A DNA stretch of 64,000 nucleotides, taken from sequence record PP496444.1; one strand, written 5' to 3'. Below the pieces are notes generated by a model that was not told where the DNA came from, did not search any database, and saw nothing but the letters and a program-made list of their open reading frames with translations. Both the position numbers and the translations under genes were made by a program. Positions within the stretch are counted from its first letter, which is position 1. Each line of letters opens with the position of its first letter. Positions 28,906 to 37,479 of this stretch are shown in pieces.

Positions 28906-29640
28906 TTACTTGGTGATTATCTTGTAGGTGAACAGCGCATCAGACAGGATACGATGAAACCTTTCGGCTTTGCTTACGAACAGGTCAGCAAGCGCTTCCG
29001 CATTCAGCTTCCGGTCGATCTGCCGAACGGCGCCGTCACCCATCACGTAGCCTTGATCCTGATCGCGAGTGCGTTCCTTGTCTTTCAGGATCGACAGGGT
29101 GATCGTGCTGCCGTAGCGAAACATGATCTGAGCGCGTCCGTGCGTGGTGCTCTGGATACGATCAACGCTGTCCACTACCGTCTTCCCGTACGTCTGTGCA
29201 GCTTCCATGACGTGAGCAATCATCGGAGATGCATAACCGGGAGTGCACGCATAGCTAGAGCATTTCTGCCCCAAGGTATGCTTCAACGGGTTGAACAACT
29301 GGAAGGCTACTGCACTCGACAAAGAGTGCAGCCTGTTTTGGATATCGCCCTTGTCCGCCATGACGTGCCAATTACGCAGTAAGATTCGGGACTCACTACG
29401 CAGCAGGTTTGGTAACTTCAAGAGTTCCACCAGCTCATCTTCTTGCAGCAAATGGCAATCTACGATGAACGTACGGGCTTTATCTACCCACTGCCTGGGG
29501 TTGGTGTGGTAGCTCTGTTGAAACCCGAAAAGTCTAAAAGGATGTAGGCTCACACTCTTGGCTTGCAAGCTATCCAGATCGGTAAGGTTGTACAACGACT
29601 CGGGGTGATCATCGTTCGTGATTAAGGTAATATGATTCAT
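28906..29640 (-). CDS. Hypothetical protein
   Basis: Co-oriented long ORF. Confidence 0.65.
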   Translation of the reverse strand: MNHITLITNDDHPESLYNLTDLDSLQAKSVSLHPFRLFGFQQSYHTNPRQWVDKARTFIVDCHLLQEDELVELLKLPNLLRSESRILLRNWHVMADKGDIQNRLHSLSSAVAFQLFNPLKHTLGQKCSSYACTPGYASPMIAHVMEAAQTYGKTVVDSVDRIQSTTHGRAQIMFRYGSTITLSILKDKERTRDQDQGYVMGDGAVRQIDRKLNAEALADLFVSKAERFHRILSDALFTYKIITK

Positions 29641-29658
29641 GGTAGGGTACCTGGGTGC

Positions 29659-29967
29659 TTACAACTTCTGAGGACTGACGGTGACGACACGAATATCGGC
29701 CACGCCAGCACTGATCTGCAGCTCTACTTTTATGAACAGGCTCTTGTCCTCGTTGGTGTAGTAGAACACCCCGTTGGTTCGCTTGAGGAAGAACTTGCCT
29801 TTGTTCTCACTGCGGTACACAGTGAAATCTTCCATGTTGTCTTTCTTGAACCTGGTGTAGATCATTTCACTGGTCATCTTGGCGACGGCTTTCGTACCGA
29901 GGTCATCCAAGTCCCACTTGATGCCTACACCGGCGGACTGTTGCACGAAACTTGCGAGGGTAGTCAT
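29659..29967 (-). CDS. Hypothetical protein
   Basis: GGAG RBS, overlap coupling. Confidence 0.65.
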   Translation of the reverse strand: MTTLASFVQQSAGVGIKWDLDDLGTKAVAKMTSEMIYTRFKKDNMEDFTVYRSENKGKFFLKRTNGVFYYTNEDKSLFIKVELQISAGVADIRVVTVSPQKL

Positions 29968-30440
29968 TTGGTCTCCAACACCCGAATGAAATCGAGTGGG
30001 TCTTTAACGATGGGTAAGAAGCAGTGGCGGACACTTTCAAGTCCTGTCTGCGACGGATGCGGGTCATGGATGATCTCGCCGTCGTACATGACGACCATGT
30101 GCATACAGCCGCGCTTAGACATCCCACCGGCCAGATACAACGTCGGAAGCGCCACGTGCATGTCTCGCCGCCACAAGTGCATGCCCCGTGACTCGAACGC
30201 CTCTTCCAAGTTGCGCCAGAAGGCGTACGTGCGCTGTTCCTCGATCAGCTCCGGATCTTCGTGGCCCGGATAGAACCTACCGATCTGTTCAAGGGTGAGC
30301 CCGAACAAGGTGGCCACCGATGCTTCGGTACAGTTTCCTGCTCCGGGATTGCTGCTGTCGAAGAAGGTGGTCTGATTGACCCGACGCGCCATGGGCAGCA
30401 AAGCCACTGCGTCTTCCTTGCAATAGAAATCTACGCTCAT
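29964..30440 (-). CDS. Putative papain/C39-like peptidase-fold protein
   Basis: GNCTEASVA...HMVV...IIHDPHP (Cys-His-Asp order). Confidence 0.4.
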   Translation of the reverse strand: MSVDFYCKEDAVALLPMARRVNQTTFFDSSNPGAGNCTEASVATLFGLTLEQIGRFYPGHEDPELIEEQRTYAFWRNLEEAFESRGMHLWRRDMHVALPTLYLAGGMSKRGCMHMVVMYDGEIIHDPHPSQTGLESVRHCFLPIVKDPLDFIRVLETK

Positions 30441-30589
30441 CGTGCTAGCATCCAAAGGCAGGTGGAGAAACTGAAAGTCTCACGGCATTCAGACCAAGTG
30501 AAGTACTCCCAGGTGAATGCGCCGATAATGATCACGGCGATTGCGAGGAACGCCAGCTTAATATCTAGCGCCGTATCCTTCTTACTCAT
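30437..30589 (-). CDS. Small membrane protein, 50 aa
   Basis: Manual translation MSKKDTALDIKLAFLAIAVIIIGAFTW...; ATGA overlaps on both sides. Confidence 0.55.
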   Translation of the reverse strand: MSKKDTALDIKLAFLAIAVIIIGAFTWEYFTWSECRETFSFSTCLWMLAR

Positions 30590-30792
30590 GGTTGCCTCTC
30601 CACGCGCTGACTGAAGGTTACCTTACCTGTGTATTGAGCGGCGCTCCGTCCTCGACCCTTGACCATACGGTCCATCGCCTTGTCGATGGCTCGATTGAAC
30701 AACGCATAGGTGATACGCTGTTTCATCTCAGTCCGCAATTTTGAGGTGGCTCGTTGAGGTATAGTCAACGGATACCGGTCTACCTTCTTCAT
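30586..30792 (-). CDS. Small basic hypothetical protein
   Basis: ATGA overlap with the helicase stop (start MKKVDRY). Confidence 0.55.
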   Translation of the reverse strand: MKKVDRYPLTIPQRATSKLRTEMKQRITYALFNRAIDKAMDRMVKGRGRSAAQYTGKVTFSQRVERQP

Positions 30793-32402
30793 TTGTTCCA
30801 CTCCTTGCGAGCCTTCAACTGGGCTTCGGTAGGGGCCACCCGGAACCGTGTGTTCTGGGGTGACAAGTTCTTGAGCAATGTGGTGGTCACGCATTCGTGC
30901 GGCGTGATATGCAGCAGCAGGTCGCTGGCACGGGTGTACGAGACGTATTGAACGTGGGGCAGCTGCCCATCTTCACAGTCGAACCAGTCGTCGATGACCG
31001 CGACACGCTCGCTCTCCATCCCCTTCGCACCCCATGAGGTGTTAAGCTCCACACCTTTGCCGTGGTCGTTGGCAATGATCTTGGTGATGAACGTCTTCAC
31101 TTCGGCAGCACTGCCAAGGTCCCAGTTGGTGACGATGTACAGCGCAGCGTCTGCCGCATCCTTGATCAGTGGTTCCTTCGCCTCTTTGCGCAACTCATCC
31201 AAGGCCTTAACGAAGTCGAGAGTGGACTTGCGACCGCAACGCATGGCGACACCGATCACCTGCTCCAGCACTTTGGCCTTCTTGAAGGTAACCTCCAGTC
31301 CGCGATCCATGTACTCCAGCGCAATGCGGATCAGGTGCTTGTTACGGGCACTGACCACACGCTGCACGTCGAACTTGATCATGCTCTTGACGCGGTACGG
31401 GTCCTTCTTGGTGTGTGCCGTCAGCATCTTAACTTGTCCACCCTCAGCGAAGGCTTCCAGCGGCACGTTGGGGAACCTGCCTTTGACAAACTCAACGATC
31501 TTCGACTTGGACCGGTACGTGGTGGTCGATGGCAGGCGCTTGGCGTTGAACTCCTTGAACATCTCGGCCATACCCGCACTCAACCCACCCCGGAACGCAT
31601 AGATGGCCTGCCATGGATCACCGACGAAGACGAACAACATGCCGGGCTTCAGCCGACGGAACAGGCGCAACGTATCATGCTGCACAAGGTTGAAGTCTTG
31701 GAACTCATCGACGAACAACACGTCCGGCAGGATCTTCGCCAGCGTGGCGTACTGCGTGCGGATAAAGCTGTTGGACAGAACCATGCGGCTCATGTCGTTG
31801 AAGTCTACCGACGACGTGGTCTCATCGCTGGCTTCCAGCGCTTCGCAGATCTCAGGAAGCAGAGGCACCACCTTCTCATGCGGAATCAAGAAGCGATACT
31901 TGCCGGTGATCAACTCCTTGATCTTCTTCGGGTCGCTGTAGGGAATGCCCAATTCCCGAATACGCTCTCCGTGCCAGCGGATGTCCTTGTTCACCCGTGG
32001 CCCATCTTGCGGGAACAGTGCGTCCACCACCTGGAACCACTTGTCGAACATGACCGGCACCGCCTTAACTCCAGTCAAGGTCTTGAACAAGTCCAGGCCG
32101 TAGCTGTGCATGGTGGAGCTGGACACGGCTCTGTCCTTGATACGCTGATCGAACACCTTGGCGTTGTCCGTGTTGAACACGATGGCGCGCAGTGTCAGCC
32201 GTGGGCACTCTTTACGAAGACGGCGAATGGTCTCGATGATCAGGGTAGTCTTACCCGAGCCCGCACCGGCATCAATGCCCACTGCATCTTGGGGCTTGCC
32301 GGTGTACAAGTCTTTCGGCATCGACTTGGCTTTCTTCATGATCTCGTCGAAGATGTCATTCTGTTGCTTGGACCAAACTCTTTCAGTGGGTGACGTTGAC
32401 AT
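30789..32402 (-). CDS. UvrD/Rep-like superfamily 1 helicase
   Basis: AGAGSGKT, VDEFQD, VGDPWQAIYAFRG, TTYRS, AKGME, YVSYTRA. Confidence 0.9.
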   Translation of the reverse strand: MSTSPTERVWSKQQNDIFDEIMKKAKSMPKDLYTGKPQDAVGIDAGAGSGKTTLIIETIRRLRKECPRLTLRAIVFNTDNAKVFDQRIKDRAVSSSTMHSYGLDLFKTLTGVKAVPVMFDKWFQVVDALFPQDGPRVNKDIRWHGERIRELGIPYSDPKKIKELITGKYRFLIPHEKVVPLLPEICEALEASDETTSSVDFNDMSRMVLSNSFIRTQYATLAKILPDVLFVDEFQDFNLVQHDTLRLFRRLKPGMLFVFVGDPWQAIYAFRGGLSAGMAEMFKEFNAKRLPSTTTYRSKSKIVEFVKGRFPNVPLEAFAEGGQVKMLTAHTKKDPYRVKSMIKFDVQRVVSARNKHLIRIALEYMDRGLEVTFKKAKVLEQVIGVAMRCGRKSTLDFVKALDELRKEAKEPLIKDAADAALYIVTNWDLGSAAEVKTFITKIIANDHGKGVELNTSWGAKGMESERVAVIDDWFDCEDGQLPHVQYVSYTRASDLLLHITPHECVTTTLLKNLSPQNTRFRVAPTEAQLKARKEWNK

Positions 32403-32434
32403 GGGTTTACCTTAACACTTCACGGTTTCCACTC

Positions 32435-32466
32435 ATTTACCCGAGACGTACCCGCGTGGGGTAAAT
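32435..32466. promoter_or_regulatory. Back-to-back GTAAATG motifs at a divergent gene junction
   Basis: ATTTAC 32435-32440 (minus, toward the helicase) and GTAAAT 32461-32466 (plus, toward the ligase paralog). Confidence 0.6.
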
Positions 32467-32529
32467 GGGCGTATAGCAATCGAATGCGTGGAATTAGCCC
32501 TGAACGGCGTCCATACTAGCGGAGAACAC

Positions 32530-34008
32530 ATGAAATCTGTAGCCATTGATTACCAAAAGATAGCCAAGGAGTGCCAGTGCACAGAGCTGCCGCCACGGGT
32601 AAGAGTAACCCGTGCACGGGTCTATCCAAACCTGAGGACGTGCCTACTCTATCTCAAGTACGATGCCAAAGGTGAACTGGTGCAAGCCGAGATCACCGCG
32701 CCGTACGACACATCCACCGAGCCAAAGGTGCGTGTGCTCAAACACCCGGACAAGAAGTCGGAGTTCCTTTCATTATATAGGGCGCTGATCCGCCACCAGA
32801 TTATACCGGAGTCGATACCGAAGAAAGGTAACGGCATTGCCCCGACGCTGGAGGTCATCGGTACACTGGTCAGTCTGCTGCCGGGGCGTGACGTTGAAAC
32901 CTTCCGCACGCTGACCCCGGCCATCCAGACCGGTGGTGTCATATACGTGCCACTGGTTACCTCGCGTCCGATGCCGATGGTGCAACACTGGATACCTGTC
33001 AGCCAGCATTCAGAGCTGGGGATGATCGAACTCATTGACACCGACAGCAAGCCTCTACTGAACCAGTGGATCAACAGGTTGAGCAACACGGCCACCGGCT
33101 ATGTGATCTACACGCCGGACGGTTCGCATGCACAGGAACTCCTCTGCTTCCGCGTACCCAACGTGCAAGGTGAGGAACTGTGCGTAGTCAAGAAGGTGGA
33201 CTTCACGCTGACCGTGGCCCGCAGTCTCAAGCCAGTGCTGACCGTATCGACCAAGAGCACGCGTGCCGTGTCCCGCATCCCCCTGCCACATTACCTGATG
33301 CTGCGCAATCACCACATCAAGGTGGGTACCGTGATCTCGCTGCGCCGTAACGACCGGGGCGGGCTGGTGTACCATGAGACGGTAGCGGAGGAAGGCATGA
33401 CACCCTTGCCTCTCTGCCCCTACTGTCACAGCGGATCTGTGCTGCTTCCCGGCAACAACGACGTGTACTGCAAGAACGACTCCTGCCGTGGCCTTGCCAA
33501 CGTGCGCCTGCACTACGTCTTGAACAACAAGCTGGATGTCAAGTACCTGAGCAACACCAAGGTGACAGCGCTGATCAACGACAAGCAGGACCTGTTCACC
33601 CTGCTCAAGACACCGACTCACCTACTGCGACACAGACCGGGCTTCGGTGCACGTACGGTCGATGCACTGGAGAAGAAGCTGGACAGCATTGCAAGTCTTC
33701 CGCTGCATACGCTGGCCGAACTGTCCTGCGCCTTCTACAACGTGGGCGTGCCCCCACTGGATGAGATGGTGTTCAAGAAGATCTTTTCCATCATGTCACT
33801 CGACTACCTGAAAGCGCTGCCGTCCACTGGCAAGATGTACAGTCAGTTGCTCGACATCGAAGGTATCCGCAACAACCGCGCAGTGGCTTTCCTAGCGGGT
33901 TGGCCTGCCTTTCAACAGTGGATGCTAGACCTGGATGCTGCCCTACAATCTCGCAGCGCAGTCTCCACCACGGTAAATAGCCCAAAACAAATTCGAGGTG
34001 TGCAATGA
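32530..34008 (+). CDS. NAD-dependent ligase (LigA) paralog, predicted catalytically inactive
   Basis: LigA-like architecture: LKYDAKGELVQA, YTPDG, OB fold (LKPVL, IKVGT), CPYC..C.N..C zinc finger, HhH (GFGARTV, IEGIR); KxDG replaced by NLRT and TRGDG lost. Confidence 0.7.
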   Translation: MKSVAIDYQKIAKECQCTELPPRVRVTRARVYPNLRTCLLYLKYDAKGELVQAEITAPYDTSTEPKVRVLKHPDKKSEFLSLYRALIRHQIIPESIPKKGNGIAPTLEVIGTLVSLLPGRDVETFRTLTPAIQTGGVIYVPLVTSRPMPMVQHWIPVSQHSELGMIELIDTDSKPLLNQWINRLSNTATGYVIYTPDGSHAQELLCFRVPNVQGEELCVVKKVDFTLTVARSLKPVLTVSTKSTRAVSRIPLPHYLMLRNHHIKVGTVISLRRNDRGGLVYHETVAEEGMTPLPLCPYCHSGSVLLPGNNDVYCKNDSCRGLANVRLHYVLNNKLDVKYLSNTKVTALINDKQDLFTLLKTPTHLLRHRPGFGARTVDALEKKLDSIASLPLHTLAELSCAFYNVGVPPLDEMVFKKIFSIMSLDYLKALPSTGKMYSQLLDIEGIRNNRAVAFLAGWPAFQQWMLDLDAALQSRSAVSTTVNSPKQIRGVQ

Positions 34009-34829
34009 GCAAGAACAAAGGAACACGTACCGCCGTGCTGGTCGGTGGAGGTTTGGACTCCCACGCATACATGGTGTTGAACGCTGATCGAGCGCAGACA
34101 GACTTCATTCATGTGGACTACGGCCAGCGGGTTGCAGTGGCCGAGAGAAACGCCGTGCTGCACATGGCCGAGAAGCTGGGCATTGCCCGCAGTCGTGTGT
34201 ATACGTTGATCTGCGGCAAGACGAACCACATGCGCAAAGTCAACGAAGGCGTCGGCGTGTTGTTCGGCACTGGCCCGGTCGAGATGGACAACGCGTTCGT
34301 GAAAGGACGCAACCTGTTCCTGATTCAGAAGGCCATCGAACTGGGGCATGGTCACGTGCACTTGACGTTGACGCAAGAACGTGGCCGGATGTTCCCCGAT
34401 GCCGATCTGGGATTCGTCCAGCTGGTGGACAATCTGATGCACCGCAGCTACGACGTGAGAGTTACTGCGCCCTACATCATGGAAGACAAGCATCGGGTGA
34501 TGTTCAAGGCGTATCGCCACTGCCCCGAGTTCATCGACATGTCTTTCACGTGCTGGGTCGGCCCTCATGTAGAGTGCGGCATGTGCCCCCACTGCGTCAA
34601 GAAGGAAAAGATTAAAGCCGAGATGGTTATCCAGAAAGCTGAGTACGATCTCAACAAGGATACCCGAGAGGTGCAGTGGGAACAAGTCAAAGCAGGCTAC
34701 GGCAGTGCATTGAAACCAAGCAGTGTTCAAATCTGTGAAGGAATAGCTGCACGTACGGATGAGGCATTAGTTTCATCTCCTATCCGTAGCCCTGATCAGG
34801 CCATGATCAAATCGATCCGAGGTAATTGA
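34005..34829 (+). CDS. QueC-family PP-loop ATP pyrophosphatase, paralog 1
   Basis: VGGGLDS, DYGQR..E, FVKGRNL, FPD..GF, APY...K, TCW...CGMCPHC. Confidence 0.85.
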   Translation: MSKNKGTRTAVLVGGGLDSHAYMVLNADRAQTDFIHVDYGQRVAVAERNAVLHMAEKLGIARSRVYTLICGKTNHMRKVNEGVGVLFGTGPVEMDNAFVKGRNLFLIQKAIELGHGHVHLTLTQERGRMFPDADLGFVQLVDNLMHRSYDVRVTAPYIMEDKHRVMFKAYRHCPEFIDMSFTCWVGPHVECGMCPHCVKKEKIKAEMVIQKAEYDLNKDTREVQWEQVKAGYGSALKPSSVQICEGIAARTDEALVSSPIRSPDQAMIKSIRGN

Positions 34830-34830
34830 C

Positions 34831-35598
34831 ATGAAAAAGTTCGCCAGCTGGTTCAAGCGTCTGCTGAGTAAGAAGCCCAAGTCGATCACGATGACGATGA
34901 CAGACGCCGGTGGCAAGTTGATCACCATTCACATACCACAAGGTGCGGGTGTCGAATACACTCTGTCGAAGTCGGGTACCCACTTGAACGTCTCGGTCAA
35001 GGACGACATCTTCGTACTGAGCACGAACGGTGGTGGAGGTGGTGGGAGCGGCGGTGGTTCCAGGCCTGGTGTCAATGGTGGCCCCGGTCATACGCCCGTG
35101 TATCCGCGCCAAACCGCCCCAGTGGGTGCAGGCGCTCCGAACGCGGGTTGCGCTGGGGATGCACCGAGTGGAGCAGGTGTAACGCCACCAGTGGGCGGAC
35201 AAGCATCGTTTCCTATTGGCGCCCGAGTAACCGTATCAGGTGGTGGCCGGTGTAGTGGTCTGGCGGGTGACGGGCGTGAACGTAAAGAACTCGGGGGTGG
35301 CCCCGGTCCCGACGGAGACAGCTTCGTCGCATCCCCCATTCGCAGTAGTGACCGAGCCTACATGATCCGAGGCTTGTACTACGTCATCACGACCCGCAAG
35401 ATAACAGGCGAGGAATATCCGATCCACGAACTTCTGCACTGGGGCAAGAAGAGCATCGAACTCATGGGCAAGTTCCACACAGTTCGAGATGCTATCGACG
35501 AACTCAAGAAGCAGCTGGGTATCGTGTTAGACGATATTACGGACTATCAGGTTGAATCCATCCCCAAACGCATGTGCAAGCCCCCGCGTAAACCTTGA
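34831..35598 (+). CDS. Gly/Pro-rich hypothetical protein between the two QueC paralogs
   Basis: Basic amphipathic N-terminus, NGGGGGGSGGGS tract, shared VxSPIRSxDxA motif. Confidence 0.7.
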   Translation: MKKFASWFKRLLSKKPKSITMTMTDAGGKLITIHIPQGAGVEYTLSKSGTHLNVSVKDDIFVLSTNGGGGGGSGGGSRPGVNGGPGHTPVYPRQTAPVGAGAPNAGCAGDAPSGAGVTPPVGGQASFPIGARVTVSGGGRCSGLAGDGRERKELGGGPGPDGDSFVASPIRSSDRAYMIRGLYYVITTRKITGEEYPIHELLHWGKKSIELMGKFHTVRDAIDELKKQLGIVLDDITDYQVESIPKRMCKPPRKP

Positions 35599-35636
35599 GC
35601 GGGTAAATGGCTCGTAACTAATCCGGAGACATCAGC

Positions 35637-36455
35637 ATGAACGCTACACCGCCAAAGATCCTTATCGCATTCAGCGCTGGCACAGATTCAACGACAGCGG
35701 CCTACTACTACCGAGGTCTTGGGTATCAGGTAACGCTGGCTGTGTTTGACGATGGCCCCTGCAACGACCCGCAGAGCCCATTGTACGATCCGAGCAAGCC
35801 GGAAGACCTGACCAACTTCTCGGATGAGTTCTACGACTACGTGCGACTGCATCAGGATCACACTGCCCGGCACTTGCAGTTCGACTTCGTTGAGATGCGC
35901 TATCCGCAGCTTCCGTTGCTGGAAGCCAACAAGACGGCCAAGCCCGGTCGGGACAACGCAGCGGCAGCAGAGGCTGATGGCTTGGGGTTCTGGGTCGGCT
36001 TCAAAGGCCTGATGGCAATGATGCTGATGAGCCACGGTGCGGCCAACGGCTACGAGGCTGTGGTCTTCGGACACATGCCGTACAACAGCCATTACGAAGA
36101 TGAGCTGCCCCAGAACTTCGAGCTGCTGCGCCAGTACATGGTTACGGCCTACGGTAGCCGGGTAAACATCCCCCACATCTACCACCCGTTCTACCGCCCC
36201 AACTTCGATACCAAAGAAAAGGTTATCCAGCTGGCGTTGAACATCGGTGTGCCCCTGCGAGATACTTATTCGTGCCGCCGAGGTGAAGTGGAAACCCGAG
36301 GCGTTCTCCTGCCACTTCTTCGTGGTGGTAAATCCAGCTATGTGAATCCCACCTACCGCTGGAAGCATTGTGGTACTTGTGAGAACTGTGTCGAACGCAA
36401 GCGAGCCTTCGCGGCGCTGGGCATGAAAGACCCTGCCCCTTATATGGAACATTGA
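35637..36455 (+). CDS. QueC-family PP-loop ATP pyrophosphatase, paralog 2
   Basis: FSAGTDST, YED..PQNF, HPFY..TKEKVI, TYSC..HCGTCENCVERKRAF..G..DP..Y. Confidence 0.85.
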   Translation: MNATPPKILIAFSAGTDSTTAAYYYRGLGYQVTLAVFDDGPCNDPQSPLYDPSKPEDLTNFSDEFYDYVRLHQDHTARHLQFDFVEMRYPQLPLLEANKTAKPGRDNAAAAEADGLGFWVGFKGLMAMMLMSHGAANGYEAVVFGHMPYNSHYEDELPQNFELLRQYMVTAYGSRVNIPHIYHPFYRPNFDTKEKVIQLALNIGVPLRDTYSCRRGEVETRGVLLPLLRGGKSSYVNPTYRWKHCGTCENCVERKRAFAALGMKDPAPYMEH

Positions 36456-36456
36456 T

Positions 36457-37476
36457 ATGGCCCTTTCAATCTGGCCGCTGACCGAGGAAGAACTCGGTCA
36501 GAACCTAGTCAACGAACTGAATCGTACCAGCAAGGCGCTGGTTAACCGGCGTATGTGGTCTTTGCCACTGCTCCGGCGTTTGTTTTATCGGCGCACTGAG
36601 ATCGGTGTACCGGAACTGCTTCACGTCTGTTCCTCCAATTATCGGGGCCAGATTTACTTCTGCCTGCTTGTGAACTACCGAGACGTGGTGATGGGGAACC
36701 CTGAGCAATACGGCTGGGATCTCGCTGGCCGGTGGTTGTTCTACGACGTGGATCTGTTGGATACCCCGGAGTTTAAGAAGGTTAAGCACGCCATCGGACA
36801 AGCTGCCCCTGTGATTACTGATGTGTCTTATGGTCAAGCATTCGTCCCAGATGAAGGTGGTATGGGGGACGAGCACTGGATCAAGAAACTGAAAGGTAAC
36901 TACCGCCCTCACATTTTCGGCGAAAAGTCAAAACAGGTTATAGTCAGTCAGACCTGTGGTATGGCAGCTACTCATGTGCTGACTGAGGCGGTAATGTCAT
37001 TCGGTATCCAGCGCGCCGAAAGATTCATCGCGGAAGGTCAAGCGGATGTCATGCCAGAGTTGTACGACCTACCCATGCAGCTGGCCGGGCTAGGGTCTAT
37101 ACCTGGAACCCGGATCGGCACCGTTTCACTCACCTGCCGGGATACCCGTGCACTGATCGGAACCTTGTCGTTCTACGTTGTGGCAGGTTTGGGTCACAGC
37201 GACATCATGTACATGCACGAGATGCTGATCGATCCTGATCCGAAGTGGAAGCCTCTGTCGGTAGCGGTCAACTTGCACATCCAGGCAATCATGTACGTGC
37301 GACATCTCAACGACCGATCCAATCAGAGTGCTGACTTGGTGATCAACCTCGGATTCAACTTGGACGAGAAGTATAACACCTACAAAGAGGTGTTCCGTCC
37401 GAACAAGTCAGAGATGGAAATCTACACCGGCATGCACACCGAGCCGGGTATTCCACTGTCCTGTTTCAAGGGGTAA
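36457..37476 (+). CDS. Fem/BioF2-like GNAT acyl/aminoacyltransferase 1
   Basis: WIKKLKGNYR helix; C-terminal INLG...YKEVF signature. Confidence 0.5.
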   Translation: MALSIWPLTEEELGQNLVNELNRTSKALVNRRMWSLPLLRRLFYRRTEIGVPELLHVCSSNYRGQIYFCLLVNYRDVVMGNPEQYGWDLAGRWLFYDVDLLDTPEFKKVKHAIGQAAPVITDVSYGQAFVPDEGGMGDEHWIKKLKGNYRPHIFGEKSKQVIVSQTCGMAATHVLTEAVMSFGIQRAERFIAEGQADVMPELYDLPMQLAGLGSIPGTRIGTVSLTCRDTRALIGTLSFYVVAGLGHSDIMYMHEMLIDPDPKWKPLSVAVNLHIQAIMYVRHLNDRSNQSADLVINLGFNLDEKYNTYKEVFRPNKSEMEIYTGMHTEPGIPLSCFKG

Positions 37477-37479
37477 GAC

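Noticed and set aside
34831-35598. Microcin B17-like TOMM precursor
   Set aside because: Gly-rich with a few Ser/Cys, but no YcaO, dehydrogenase or exporter genes present
34005-36455. Canonical queuosine/7-deazaguanine DNA modification locus
   Set aside because: No folE, queD, queE, queF or dpdA/tgt recognisable in the window; kept only as an alternative pending whole-genome search
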